DNA of 64,000 nt from Bacteroidota bacterium (GTDB lineage: Bacteria > Bacteroidota > Bacteroidia > Chitinophagales > Chitinophagaceae). This document shows, piece after piece, positions 39,544 through 49,860 of the stretch. Within the stretch, counting starts at the first letter, position 1. Every line of letters starts with the position of its first letter. The stretch spans positions 305-64,304 of the forward strand of contig JBJOGP010000005.1 in assembly GCA_046048175.1 (NCBI GenBank). Reading direction: 5' to 3'. The notes beneath the pieces were generated by a model, which was given only the letters and a program-made list of their open reading frames with translations, was not told the origin of the DNA and did not search any database. The position numbers and the translations under genes are program-made.

Positions 39544-39552
39544 CGCTCAATT

Positions 39553-40575
39553 ATGAGTGGAATGAGATTGTGGCAAACTAGTAGTCTGACTTTGACTATC
39601 CTTCTTTCATTACAAGTAGCTGGCCAAGACCTAAGCGGTATCTGGAAGGGTTACTTTGTGACTAAAGATTACAGTCAATACAAAGTTGAGTTTCAATTAA
39701 AGCAAACGGGAAGCCAAGCAGTGGGTGTATCCTATTCTTATCTGACAACTGTTTACTTTGGAAAAGCAACCATGACTGGTCGGTGGGATGTTAATGCAAA
39801 TCAGTTGCTGATTCAAGAAAATAAAACAGTTGAAGTAAAGGCTTCAGACGGTTCTGTTAATTGTTTGATGAATTATAAGCTAGGATATTCCAAATCTGGC
39901 AGAGAAGAGTATCTGGAAGGTACTTTCACAAGCAAATACGAAGAAAATTCGGATGGCATCAAAAAGGGAGATGATTGTGGCGGTGGAAGAGTATACCTGC
40001 GTAGAGTAACTACCTCAGATTTCTATCCCGAACCTTTTTTGCAAAAATCCACTGCAAAAAAAGTAATTATCAATGAAGCCCCTCCAACTAAGAAAGCAAT
40101 TCCTGAAATAACGGCTAAAAATAATGAACCACAAAAAATAGCCGAACCTAGAACAGAAGGTCCTCAGTCCATGGCAAATAGTCAGGCGAAAACACCCTCG
40201 CAAAAGCAATTAGTCATCCCCTCTGTAAACAACAATCGTTTTAATGATCTTACCCAAGTTATTACAGTCAAAACACCTCAAGTACAAATATTTCTGTACG
40301 ACAATGGAGAAATAGATGGTGACTCAATAACTGTTTATCTCAATAATAAAATGATTCTATCTAATAAGAGACTGTCTACAACTCCCTTATCACTTAACCT
40401 CCTACTTGACGAAGAAAACAGCATACAGGAGGTAACCATCGTTGCTGAGAATCTTGGAAGAATCCCGCCTAATAGTGCGCTCATGATTGTAGAAGCTGGG
40501 ATTCAACGATTCAGAGTTCAGCTTACCACTACCGAGCAAAAAAATGCAGTGGTGAGATTTCGATACCAAAAATAA
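39553..40575 (+). CDS. Exported hypothetical protein (paralogue 1; C-terminal DNG.IDGD/ENLG.IPPN domain)
   Basis: Signal peptide ending VAG-Q; QDLSGIWKG; P/K/Q-rich linker; YDNGEIDGDSITVYLN...AENLGRIPPNSALM. Start at ATG 39553 (or 39562). Confidence 0.8.
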   Translation: MSGMRLWQTSSLTLTILLSLQVAGQDLSGIWKGYFVTKDYSQYKVEFQLKQTGSQAVGVSYSYLTTVYFGKATMTGRWDVNANQLLIQENKTVEVKASDGSVNCLMNYKLGYSKSGREEYLEGTFTSKYEENSDGIKKGDDCGGGRVYLRRVTTSDFYPEPFLQKSTAKKVIINEAPPTKKAIPEITAKNNEPQKIAEPRTEGPQSMANSQAKTPSQKQLVIPSVNNNRFNDLTQVITVKTPQVQIFLYDNGEIDGDSITVYLNNKMILSNKRLSTTPLSLNLLLDEENSIQEVTIVAENLGRIPPNSALMIVEAGIQRFRVQLTTTEQKNAVVRFRYQK

Positions 40576-40602
40576 ATACTGTTTTTTGGCTACCTTAGTT
40601 GC

Positions 40603-41451
40603 ATGCGAATTTTCATTGCGACATGTCTTTTATTGTTTTTTACTCAGATTACAGTTGCACAAGAATTAGATGGTCGCTGGTCAGGCCGCTTGGTGATGGC
40701 TCCCAGCGGATGCTTCGCAGTATACAATATTGAATTTTCAATTCAAGAAAAAGACGGGAAGATAACGGGCACCGCACACCATTTTTCAGATTCATTCAAT
40801 TATGTCCGAAAAAAAATAATTGGTACTTATTCTAAGGACAGTAATACGCTTTTAATTGAAGAAGGAGAGATAGTAGATCTCAAGATCAAAGAAGACTGTG
40901 TGCCCTGTATGAAGTCTTACAGATTAACATATCACAAAGGTTCAGGTTCTACTATAACAGATCAACAAATAAGAGGAACCTGGTCCTCCCCTGCCAGCAA
41001 AGCGGCAGATGGTAAAGCCAGCTGTGATCCAGGAACCATTGTTTTAAATCGCCAAACTAAAACAACTTCTACCCCTACCAATAAATCGGATGAGCTACGA
41101 GATAAAAAAAACGTACTTGTTCGTGAAATTCGATTAGACAGCAGCATAGCAAAAATTGAGTTATTTGACAATGGTCAGATTGATGGAGATACAGTTTCTG
41201 TTTATGTCAATAACCGCTCAGTTGTTTTTAAGCAACTACTACGCGCTCAGCCGATAACTTTTTCTGTTCCCGTTGATCAGAAACGAAGTGTGCAAGAAGT
41301 TGTAATGGTAGGTGAAAACCTAGGAACTATACCTCCAAACACAGCGTTAATGATTGTTACGGCTGGTAAAGAAAGATATCAGCTATATCTTACTGCAGAC
41401 GAAAAAAGAAATGCCCTGGTTCGCTTCGTATATGAAAAAGGCAAGCAATAA
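40603..41451 (+). CDS. Exported hypothetical protein (paralogue 2)
   Basis: Signal peptide ending TVA-Q; QELDGRWSG; FDNGQIDGDTVSVYVN...GENLGTIPPNTALM. Confidence 0.82.
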   Translation: MRIFIATCLLLFFTQITVAQELDGRWSGRLVMAPSGCFAVYNIEFSIQEKDGKITGTAHHFSDSFNYVRKKIIGTYSKDSNTLLIEEGEIVDLKIKEDCVPCMKSYRLTYHKGSGSTITDQQIRGTWSSPASKAADGKASCDPGTIVLNRQTKTTSTPTNKSDELRDKKNVLVREIRLDSSIAKIELFDNGQIDGDTVSVYVNNRSVVFKQLLRAQPITFSVPVDQKRSVQEVVMVGENLGTIPPNTALMIVTAGKERYQLYLTADEKRNALVRFVYEKGKQ

Positions 41452-41504
41452 TTTTCTTAAAAAGATTGCCGGGGTAAAAATCAGACTTAATTTCGCGGCG
41501 CACT

Positions 41505-43448
41505 ATGTTAGCAGGATTTCAAAATGTAACGTTTGAATTTGGAGCAAGATGTATTGTTCAAGACGCAACCTGGCATATCCAACCCGGCGAACGAATTGGT
41601 CTGATTGGCTATAACGGAACTGGTAAATCAACATTATTAAAATTACTGGTTGGTGATTACCAACCTACGCTGGGCTCTGTTGAACGAAGTCGAGAGACCA
41701 CGATCGGTTATCTTCATCAGGATTTATTAAGCTTTGACACCAATGATTCTATACACCAGGTTGCTTTAAAAGCTTTTGCTCCAATTCTAAAACTTGAAAA
41801 AGAGATAGAGGAGTTAGGACAACTATTAGAAAAAACGGGAGACGAAAAGGTATTACTGGAATATTCTGAAAAACTTCACCAGCTTGAAACTGCTGACGGC
41901 TACACCATACACAATAGAACAGCAGAGGTATTACAGGGCTTAGGATTTGCAAATCAAGATTTAGAGCGCCCCTATCGTGAATTCAGTGGAGGTTGGAGAA
42001 TGCGTGTTTTACTAGCAAAAATGATCTTAGAACAACCCGATCTTCTACTACTTGATGAGCCTACTAACCACCTTGACCTTCCTTCTATTGAATGGTTTGA
42101 AAAATATCTTTTACATTATAGAGGTGCGGTAGTAATTGTTAGCCATGATAAATATTTCTTAAATCGCATGGTTACCAAAGTGGTAGAGTTATACCAAGAA
42201 GAGTTACAGTTTTACTCCGGTAATTATGCTTTTTATGAAAAGGAGAAGGTTTTGCGAATGGAATTACAACAAAAAGCATTCGAAAATCAGCAAGACTATA
42301 TCAGACAACAAGAAAGATTAGTTGAACGGTTTAGGGCAAAAGCCAGTAAAGCGGCCATGGCGCAAAGTATTATCAAAAAATTGGACAAGCTAGAACGCGT
42401 TGATGCTGCTCAGCTAGTTCGCCCTGACCTCCGCATAAATTTTAGTGTTGACAAAACGCCAGGAAAGATCATCGCAACGATAAAGAATATTCGTAAATCA
42501 TTTGGAGAAAACATCATCCTTACTAATGGAAATGCTGAAATAAATCGAGGTGATAAAATCGCACTGATTGGAGCTAATGGAAAAGGGAAGTCAACTCTAT
42601 TACGCATTCTAGCCGGAACAGAAACAATTCAGCAAGGTGAACGAATAGATGGACATAATGTAGAGCAAAGTTTTTATGCCCAACATCAATTGGAAGCGCT
42701 TCAATTGCAGCACACTATTTTCGAAGAGATGATGCATTGCGGAAGCCAACTAACTGAATTGGAATTACGTTCCTTATTGGGTTGTTTTTTGTTTAGTGGA
42801 GATGATATTGATAAAAAAATCAAGGTTCTGAGTGGCGGCGAAAAAGCAAGAGTGGCATTAGCTAAAGTGATTGTCAGTAAGGCTAATTTTCTATTACTCG
42901 ACGAGCCAACTAACCATCTTGACTTACACAGCTGTGAACTTTTGATTGAAGCACTTAATCGTTACCAGGGCACCCTTCTTTTGGTTAGTCATGATCGTTA
43001 TTTTATTTCAAAAACGGCAACTGTAATTTGGGAAATAGACAATGGAGAAATAAAAGAATTTAAAGGCGGCTATGACGAATGGGTGAGTTGGAAAGAACGA
43101 ATGGAAAAGAATAAAGATGGCAAGTCTGATGAAGTTATAAATAAACCAAAAACGAATAAAGTAGTAGAGCCGACCCCAAAACAAGAAGCTAATACACCTG
43201 TTTCAAAAGAAAAAAAGAAAGAATATCAAAAGGCACAAAAGAAATTCCAAGAATTAGAGAGCAAATTAGCCGCTACGCAAGCCAAGCAAAAAGAACTTGA
43301 ATTAAAATTAGCTGAACCGGGATTATATGCCAATAAAGATACTTTTATAGCTACAGAATCAGCCTACCAACAAATAACTAAGCTTGCCGGTGAACTTGTC
43401 GCAGATTATGAAAAAGCTTTTGAGGAAATGATGAGGTTGGAAAATTAA
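41505..43448 (+). CDS. ABC-F family ATPase (ribosome-associated, Uup/YheS-like) with C-terminal coiled coil
   Basis: Two NBDs (GYNGTGKST/FSGGW/LLLDEPTNHLD; GANGKGKST/LSGGE/LLLDEPTNHLD), no TM segments. Confidence 0.93.
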   Translation: MLAGFQNVTFEFGARCIVQDATWHIQPGERIGLIGYNGTGKSTLLKLLVGDYQPTLGSVERSRETTIGYLHQDLLSFDTNDSIHQVALKAFAPILKLEKEIEELGQLLEKTGDEKVLLEYSEKLHQLETADGYTIHNRTAEVLQGLGFANQDLERPYREFSGGWRMRVLLAKMILEQPDLLLLDEPTNHLDLPSIEWFEKYLLHYRGAVVIVSHDKYFLNRMVTKVVELYQEELQFYSGNYAFYEKEKVLRMELQQKAFENQQDYIRQQERLVERFRAKASKAAMAQSIIKKLDKLERVDAAQLVRPDLRINFSVDKTPGKIIATIKNIRKSFGENIILTNGNAEINRGDKIALIGANGKGKSTLLRILAGTETIQQGERIDGHNVEQSFYAQHQLEALQLQHTIFEEMMHCGSQLTELELRSLLGCFLFSGDDIDKKIKVLSGGEKARVALAKVIVSKANFLLLDEPTNHLDLHSCELLIEALNRYQGTLLLVSHDRYFISKTATVIWEIDNGEIKEFKGGYDEWVSWKERMEKNKDGKSDEVINKPKTNKVVEPTPKQEANTPVSKEKKKEYQKAQKKFQELESKLAATQAKQKELELKLAEPGLYANKDTFIATESAYQQITKLAGELVADYEKAFEEMMRLEN

Positions 43449-45109
43449 CTCTCTTTTAATTGATTGTTTACAAATTCTAGAATCAAATCTTCCTGCTTTA
43501 AAGCAGATTCCTCCAATGCCACTGCTTGTGCTAGTATCTCTTTTACAAAACTTTTGTCAGCATAACTCAAACAGTTGACCTTAACGTTCAAATGTGCACC
43601 CAATACGGCACTCCTAGCACATAATGCCCCCACTCCTGCATCAGTAATGGAGTTAGGATTGCCTGTCATGGCCATTGATTTTATTAATTCCATACTCTCC
43701 ACTGAAACTTGCATCACTCGTAGGGGTACTTCAATAGCAGTTTTTGTTGCTTGTTGAATAGCATCACTTCTTTTTTTCTTCTCTTCTTCCGTTTTCTTAG
43801 GCAGCGAAAAAGCGTTCATAATAGCGTTAAAAGAGTCTGTATCTGCGTCTACCAGGCGTATAAGCTCAGTCTTTAAAAGTTGCGCTTGTTCAGCTTGATC
43901 TCCAAATTCTTTCCACCGCTCATCCCAACCCTTTTTATGAGAGGATAAATTAGCAACCATGGCAGCCAACGAAACTCCTAAAGCTCCTAAATACGCAGAA
44001 ACTGACCCGCCCCCTGGAGCAGGTGATTCGCTTGCAGTAACATCAGCAAATTCTGACAAAGATTTATCAATCAATTTTTTAGAATCCTTCACTTCTAATA
44101 AATATTCAATAATTCGCTCACTCGGATCAAACGGGCTAAGTTCATTTAGACCAAGTGATTTAACTGCAATGTTAATTAATTCCTTCTCGGACACGCCCGT
44201 TGAACGTTGTTGTTTTAAAAGAAAATATTTACCGGCATTTAGCATGGATTGAAGGGGGACTAACCCAATCAACTCACTTCCGGTAACGCGAAGCCCCCGT
44301 TCAGAAGCTTTTTTACAAGCTTCATCAAACGCTATGTGAATGGGGGTCGTATTGATATCAGTCAGATTCATTGATATCTGTGCAATGCCATATTCTTCAA
44401 TATACCAACCAATAGCTTTTACTGCTTTTAAAGTGCCTGGTATAGTTATAGATTGTCCACTTTCAATTTTTGTTCGTCCGGCTTCTCTAATGTCAAAAGC
44501 AACTGCATTGGCTCTTCTAGTAGATGTTGTATTTAAGTTGACATTATAGGCGATAAGAAAATCTCTTGCACCAATGACCGTAGCTCCTCTTTTTGCATCA
44601 AAAACAGCAGGGCCAAAATCTGGCTTCCATTCCGGCAGCTGTATTTTTTTAAAAAATCCTTCGTATTCACCCGCTCTAATGAGGGATAGATTACTTCTGT
44701 TTTTATCTGGTTGAGCAGCTTCATAACAATAGACCGGCAAATTCAATTGCTCCCCTACTCTTTTTGCTAATTTTCTAGCATATACTGCTGTTTCTTCCAA
44801 GGTAATACCCGCAATTGGAATTAGCGGACAGACATCTGTTGCTCCCATTCGAGGATGGGCTCCTTTGTGCTGCTGCATGTCAATTAACTCACCCGCTTTT
44901 TCAATTGCTCTAAAGGCTGCTTCAATAACTGCATCTGGATGCCCTACAAATGTCACTACCGTTCTATTAGTTGCTTTACCAGGGTCAACATTTAAAAGGC
45001 GCACCCCTTCTACTGCTTCAATTGCATCTGTAATTTGTTTAATTACAGAACTATCATTTCCTTCACTAAAATTGGGCACACATTCAATGAGTGGTGCAAT
45101 ACTATTCAT
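43445..45109 (-). CDS. ftcD: Bifunctional glutamate formimidoyltransferase / formiminotetrahydrofolate cyclodeaminase
   Basis: ECVPNFSEG, NRTVVT, HPRMGATDVCP, IGAR.FLIAYN, QISMN; C-terminal SESPAPGGGS cyclodeaminase domain. Confidence 0.94.
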   Translation of the reverse strand: MNSIAPLIECVPNFSEGNDSSVIKQITDAIEAVEGVRLLNVDPGKATNRTVVTFVGHPDAVIEAAFRAIEKAGELIDMQQHKGAHPRMGATDVCPLIPIAGITLEETAVYARKLAKRVGEQLNLPVYCYEAAQPDKNRSNLSLIRAGEYEGFFKKIQLPEWKPDFGPAVFDAKRGATVIGARDFLIAYNVNLNTTSTRRANAVAFDIREAGRTKIESGQSITIPGTLKAVKAIGWYIEEYGIAQISMNLTDINTTPIHIAFDEACKKASERGLRVTGSELIGLVPLQSMLNAGKYFLLKQQRSTGVSEKELINIAVKSLGLNELSPFDPSERIIEYLLEVKDSKKLIDKSLSEFADVTASESPAPGGGSVSAYLGALGVSLAAMVANLSSHKKGWDERWKEFGDQAEQAQLLKTELIRLVDADTDSFNAIMNAFSLPKKTEEEKKKRSDAIQQATKTAIEVPLRVMQVSVESMELIKSMAMTGNPNSITDAGVGALCARSAVLGAHLNVKVNCLSYADKSFVKEILAQAVALEESALKQEDLILEFVNNQLKES

Positions 45110-45112
45110 AAC

Positions 45113-46366
45113 TTAAAAAGAGTTTTGTTCTATCATTTTTCCTCTCAAGACAACTTTGTCAATCAATAATGAACCAAAAGCATAGGGTAAGAATTCGATA
45201 GATGGAATCGTTTTTGTAATAAAGAAATTAGCCAATTTTCCTGGCCAAATACTACCACAACTCTCTCCAACACCCATTGCAAACGCCCCATTTAGAGTAG
45301 CCGCATTGAAGGCTTCTGCAGGCAACATCTTCATTCTGATACACGACTGTGATACCACAAGATTCATATTGCCCGATGGAGCAGAGCCAGGATTGTAATC
45401 TGAAGCTAGGGCAACAACCGCACCCGCGTCTATTAAGTCTCGAGCTGGTGCATCTTGCATACGTAAAAAGAAAGAAGCATTGGGAAGAAGTGTGGCAATG
45501 GTGCTAGAGGACGCCAACAATTGAATCAGATCTTCGTTCATTGACTCTAAATGATCTACACTAATGGCACCAACTGAAACACCTGTTTCGACACCTCCAG
45601 AGTTACCCAACTGATTAGCGTGTATTTTGGGTTGCAATCCCAATTGTTTGCCCTTTTCACAAATGATTTTAGTTTCTGTAGGAGAAAAGAAACCTGTTTC
45701 ACAAAAGACATCAATGAAATCAGCTAATCTTTCTTTTGCAACAATAGGAAGCATTTCTTCTGTAACTAACTTAATATACTCCTCTCGTTTATTAGCAAAT
45801 TCTACAGGAATTGCATGAGCCCCTAAAAAAGTGGACCTAATAGTTATAGGAGTATTTTGCTGAAGACGCTTTATGACACGCAACATCTTAAGTTCAGCTT
45901 CAACCGTTAATCCATACCCGCTTTTTATTTCAATTGCACCTGTTCCCATTCTAACAAGCTCACGTAATCGCATAAGTGCAGAGGCATATAAATCATCCTC
46001 ACTTGCAAGCTGAACTTTCTTAGCAGAGTTTAATATGCCTCCTCCCTTAGCAGCAATCTCAGCATAACTAGCTCCTTTTATTTTATCAACAAATTCCGCT
46101 TCTCTGCTTCCTGCAAAAACCAGATGAGTATGACTGTCACACCATGAAGGAAAAAGACTTCCGCCAGCAACATCTACTTTATTGGTAGTGTGAGTAGAAA
46201 ACTCTTGCAAACTATCCATACTACCAAAGGAGTGGATTGTATGATCTTCTACAAGTAAGTATGCATTATGTAGAATGGGAAGGTCTGCTAGTTGATAGCC
46301 ACGTAAAGGTTGGTTCACCTCATGAATACCAACCAACATACCAATGTTGTAAAAAAGAGTCTTCAT
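45113..46366 (-). CDS. hutI: Imidazolonepropionase
   Basis: DSHTHLVFAG.R..EF, GGGI, EIKSGYGL, FLGAHA, DVFCE, HANQL, SVDHLE, ASDYNPG. Confidence 0.96.
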   Translation of the reverse strand: MKTLFYNIGMLVGIHEVNQPLRGYQLADLPILHNAYLLVEDHTIHSFGSMDSLQEFSTHTTNKVDVAGGSLFPSWCDSHTHLVFAGSREAEFVDKIKGASYAEIAAKGGGILNSAKKVQLASEDDLYASALMRLRELVRMGTGAIEIKSGYGLTVEAELKMLRVIKRLQQNTPITIRSTFLGAHAIPVEFANKREEYIKLVTEEMLPIVAKERLADFIDVFCETGFFSPTETKIICEKGKQLGLQPKIHANQLGNSGGVETGVSVGAISVDHLESMNEDLIQLLASSSTIATLLPNASFFLRMQDAPARDLIDAGAVVALASDYNPGSAPSGNMNLVVSQSCIRMKMLPAEAFNAATLNGAFAMGVGESCGSIWPGKLANFFITKTIPSIEFLPYAFGSLLIDKVVLRGKMIEQNSF

Positions 46367-46374
46367 GATAAATT

Positions 46375-47556
46375 TTATGGAACTCGTTCTATAACCATCG
46401 CACTAGCCCCTCCGCCACCATTACAAATTCCCGCGGCACCATATCTCGCATTTTTTGTTTGTAAGACATGCGTGAGTGTGACAAGAATTCGAGCGCCTGA
46501 ACAACCTAAAGGGTGTCCTAAGGATACAGCACCTCCGTTTACATTCAACGTTGAAGGATCAATTTTTAATCGACGTGCATTCTCAATTCCAACGACAGAA
46601 AAGGCTTCATTTAATTCCCAGTAATTAATCTCTTCCGCTTTCAATCCTGCTTTTTTCAAAGCAACAGGAAGTGCAAGAGACGGGCTGGTTGTGAACCATT
46701 GTGGAGCTTGCTCAGCATCTGCGTAACCTCTTATTATTGCAAGAGGCTTCAGTCCTAATTGATTTGCCTTTTCGCTTGTCATCAACACAAGAGCAGCAGC
46801 ACCATCATTCATTGTAGAGGCATTTGCAGCCGTAACGGTACCCTCTTTAATAAAGGCTGGTGATAAAGAGGGTATCTTATCAAATTTTACAGCGAAAGGT
46901 TCTTCATCTTTTGAAACAATAACCGGATCACCTTTACGCTGAGGAATAGAAACAGGAATTACCTCATTAGCAAATGAACCGCTTTCCCATGCTTGTTGCG
47001 CGCGCTTGTAGCTTTCAATTGCAAATGCATCCTGTTCCTCCCTTGAAATTTTGCATTCACTAGCGCATAACTCTGCTGCTACTCCCATTGCTTTTCCGTC
47101 ATACACATCCGTCAAACCATCTTTAGCTAATCCATCAATCAAAGTTGAATTACCATATTTATTACCCCATCTGAGGCTCTCTACATAGAAAGGTATATTA
47201 CTCATACTTTCCATCCCGCCTGCAACAACAACAGAGGCATCTCCCAGTAATAAGTGCTGTACAGCCATTGATACTGCTTTCATACCACTAGCACAAACCT
47301 TATTAACTGTAGTGCAGTTTACAGTATCGGGAAGTCCTGCAAATTTTGCAGCTTGTCTTGCAGGGGCCTGCCCTAGATTAGACTGTATTACACAGCCCAT
47401 AAAAACATCTGTAACACTGGATGGGTCAAGATTTATTTTTGACAAGGCTCCTCTTATCGCCTCAGCACCCAATTGTGTGGCTGTTAAACTTTTAAGACTT
47501 CCACCAAAACTACCCATCGGAGTTCTTACAGCAGAAACAATTACAACTTCTTTCAT
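46375..47556 (-). CDS. Acetyl-CoA C-acyltransferase (thiolase)
   Basis: RTPMG, NKVCASGMK, GGMESMS, NEAF, GGA.SLGHPLGCSG, CNGGG. Confidence 0.95.
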   Translation of the reverse strand: MKEVVIVSAVRTPMGSFGGSLKSLTATQLGAEAIRGALSKINLDPSSVTDVFMGCVIQSNLGQAPARQAAKFAGLPDTVNCTTVNKVCASGMKAVSMAVQHLLLGDASVVVAGGMESMSNIPFYVESLRWGNKYGNSTLIDGLAKDGLTDVYDGKAMGVAAELCASECKISREEQDAFAIESYKRAQQAWESGSFANEVIPVSIPQRKGDPVIVSKDEEPFAVKFDKIPSLSPAFIKEGTVTAANASTMNDGAAALVLMTSEKANQLGLKPLAIIRGYADAEQAPQWFTTSPSLALPVALKKAGLKAEEINYWELNEAFSVVGIENARRLKIDPSTLNVNGGAVSLGHPLGCSGARILVTLTHVLQTKNARYGAAGICNGGGGASAMVIERVP

Positions 47557-47585
47557 AACAACAAGATTATTTATTTAAAAAATCA

Positions 47586-49499
47586 TCACCATCCAATTCC
47601 ATAGTCTTCACCATGATTGCTACTTCCACCCCACATTGTGCCGAATTTTTGATCAAACAAAATTGCATTAATTGGACCACTTGTTCTTTCTTCAGTACGA
47701 ATAAAATAGCCCATCGCTTTTAATCGCTCTACAGCCTGTGGAGACAATGACTTGCTCACAACAATTTGACCTGGCTTGGGTTTTCGGTCTACTATCGATG
47801 TGCCACCCAATGAAAGCCATAATTGATTGGTATTAAAGTTTGGCGCTTCTGTTGCTTGTTGAACCGTCATTCCGAACTCAACAATGTTCAAGAAAAACTG
47901 CAAAAGATTTTGATCCTGTGTGTCACCCCCCTGAACACCAAATGCTAAAAAGGGCTTTCCTTCTTTCAATGCAAGTGACGGAGTTAATGTAACGCGTGGT
48001 CTTTTTCCAGGTTCTACTATATTAAAAGGGTTCAACGAGCTATCAAGCACAAAACTCTGCATACGTTGACTCAGCCCTACACCCGTATTACCTGCAATAC
48101 AGGCAGGAATCCAACCACCACTTGGTGTAATAGAAATTATCCAACCCTGGTCATCTGCTGCCTCAACAGTGGTTGTGCCTCTCCATAGACGATCTTGGTA
48201 TTGAGCAGTTGTGAAAATTGGATTGTAGAAAGCGATGCTTCCTTGGTCATGTAAGGGAGTTGCCGATCGATTAATGGTTGAGTCTAGTGGAATTAAATTT
48301 CTTTTTAAAAAATTCATGTAAGGATTAATCTCACCCTGAAAAGGGTAAGGATCGCCAGGCCCTGCATTACTTTCATTTTTTGCTGTATCGATTGTGGCAG
48401 CTCGCAATTTTGCATATTCTTTACTCAACAATCCTTGCATGGGTTCCATTGGTAATTTATAAGGATCCCCATAATAAAAATCTCTATCCGCAAAACACTT
48501 ATTAAGCACCTGATAAAGTGTATGAATGTATTTCGGGCTATTATACCCCATCGACTTTAAATCAAAGTTCTCAAGCATATTTAGTGCTTGTAATAACATA
48601 GGACCTTGCGTCCATTGTTGCATCTTGTAAACCTCAATTCCTTTGTATGAGGTATGAAGCGGCTCTTCTTCAATTGGTTTCCAATTTGCCAAATCACTTT
48701 TGGTTATTAACCCACCCTGTTCTTTTACCCCTCTCACAAATTCATCTGCGATATCACCTTTATAGAATCGATCATAGGCGGCCATGATTGCCGCTTTCCG
48801 GTTTTTACCAGCTTTTAAAGCAGCTCTTTCTGCCTCAACCAATTTCTTCAACGTTTCAAGCAATGCCGTTTGTTTGAAAATTTCTCCTGCGCTAGGCGCT
48901 TCACGTTTTTCTCCCAAGTGCGGTAGTAATACTTCTCGACTATATTTCCATTGTTTTATTCTCTCCTTTGCTCTTTCAATGCTATTTGCGGTTTGTGCCT
49001 CAATAGGATATCCTGCTGCCAAATCCATAGCAGGCGCTAATACTTCTGCTAAACTTTTTGTACCATAATTAGCAAGCATATAACACAATCCTCCGGGTGT
49101 TCCAGGTGTTGTGGCAGCAAGAGGGCCATACTCTGGAGGAAAAGCATACCCCTTCTGTTTGAAAAAGTCAGCAGTAGCACCACTTGGAGCCACTCCCATT
49201 GCGTTAATGGCAATAACTTTTTTTAGTTTAGGATTATATAATAATGCTTGTGTTTCTCCACCCCAGCTTAGCACATCCCACATTGTGCAAGTGGCAGCCA
49301 GCATGGCGCAGGCGGCATCAACAGCATTTCCACCTTTTTGAAAAAGTGTGGCTCCAGCAGTTGCGGCAAGAGGCTTACCGGTAATAGCCATCCACTTTTT
49401 AGCATGTAAAGGCGGCTTTTGAGTGGGCTGGGAAAAAACATCGTAGGAACCTGAAATCATTACTAATAATATCAGGTAATACTTGGCAAGCTTTTTCAT
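47586..49499 (-). CDS. ggt: Gamma-glutamyltransferase-family Ntn hydrolase, exported
   Basis: GGNAVDAA, FYKGDIA, ADRD, autocleavage site G|TTTVEAAD, PGKRP, GG..Q.Q; signal peptide. Confidence 0.88.
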   Translation of the reverse strand: MKKLAKYYLILLVMISGSYDVFSQPTQKPPLHAKKWMAITGKPLAATAGATLFQKGGNAVDAACAMLAATCTMWDVLSWGGETQALLYNPKLKKVIAINAMGVAPSGATADFFKQKGYAFPPEYGPLAATTPGTPGGLCYMLANYGTKSLAEVLAPAMDLAAGYPIEAQTANSIERAKERIKQWKYSREVLLPHLGEKREAPSAGEIFKQTALLETLKKLVEAERAALKAGKNRKAAIMAAYDRFYKGDIADEFVRGVKEQGGLITKSDLANWKPIEEEPLHTSYKGIEVYKMQQWTQGPMLLQALNMLENFDLKSMGYNSPKYIHTLYQVLNKCFADRDFYYGDPYKLPMEPMQGLLSKEYAKLRAATIDTAKNESNAGPGDPYPFQGEINPYMNFLKRNLIPLDSTINRSATPLHDQGSIAFYNPIFTTAQYQDRLWRGTTTVEAADDQGWIISITPSGGWIPACIAGNTGVGLSQRMQSFVLDSSLNPFNIVEPGKRPRVTLTPSLALKEGKPFLAFGVQGGDTQDQNLLQFFLNIVEFGMTVQQATEAPNFNTNQLWLSLGGTSIVDRKPKPGQIVVSKSLSPQAVERLKAMGYFIRTEERTSGPINAILFDQKFGTMWGGSSNHGEDYGIGW

Positions 49500-49621
49500 G
49501 ATATAAAGATACTACACGATTGATTGAAATCATTGCACTCTAAACGCATTCAGCAAATCTTTACCGGCAGATGACCATTTCTTTTGATGCAAGTATTACT
49601 TTTACAATTCGTTTAACGCTT

Positions 49622-49858
49622 ATGAAAATTTTTGTTGCAGGCTTACCCCCAGATATGGACGAATCTGAATTAGAAGAATTTTTCGAAAAATATGGAAAAG
49701 TTGATTCGGTTTCCATTGCAAAAGATAGAATGACAAAGAAAAGAAAGGGCTTTGGCTTTGTAGAAATGAGTAATTCTTTACAAGCCAGAACTGCAATCCA
49801 GACACTAAATGGACTGGGAATAGGAAGAAATACACTTGTTGTAAAAGAGGCTGTATAA
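49622..49858 (+). CDS. RRM (RNP) RNA-binding protein
   Basis: RNP2 IFVAGL and RNP1 KGFGFVEM; start at ATG 49622. Confidence 0.92.
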   Translation: MKIFVAGLPPDMDESELEEFFEKYGKVDSVSIAKDRMTKKRKGFGFVEMSNSLQARTAIQTLNGLGIGRNTLVVKEAV

Positions 49859-49860
49859 AT

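Noticed and set aside
41505-43448. ABC-F as an antibiotic-resistance (ARE) factor
   Set aside because: Architecture with a C-terminal coiled coil fits housekeeping Uup/YheS-like proteins, and there is no room for a leader-peptide attenuator.
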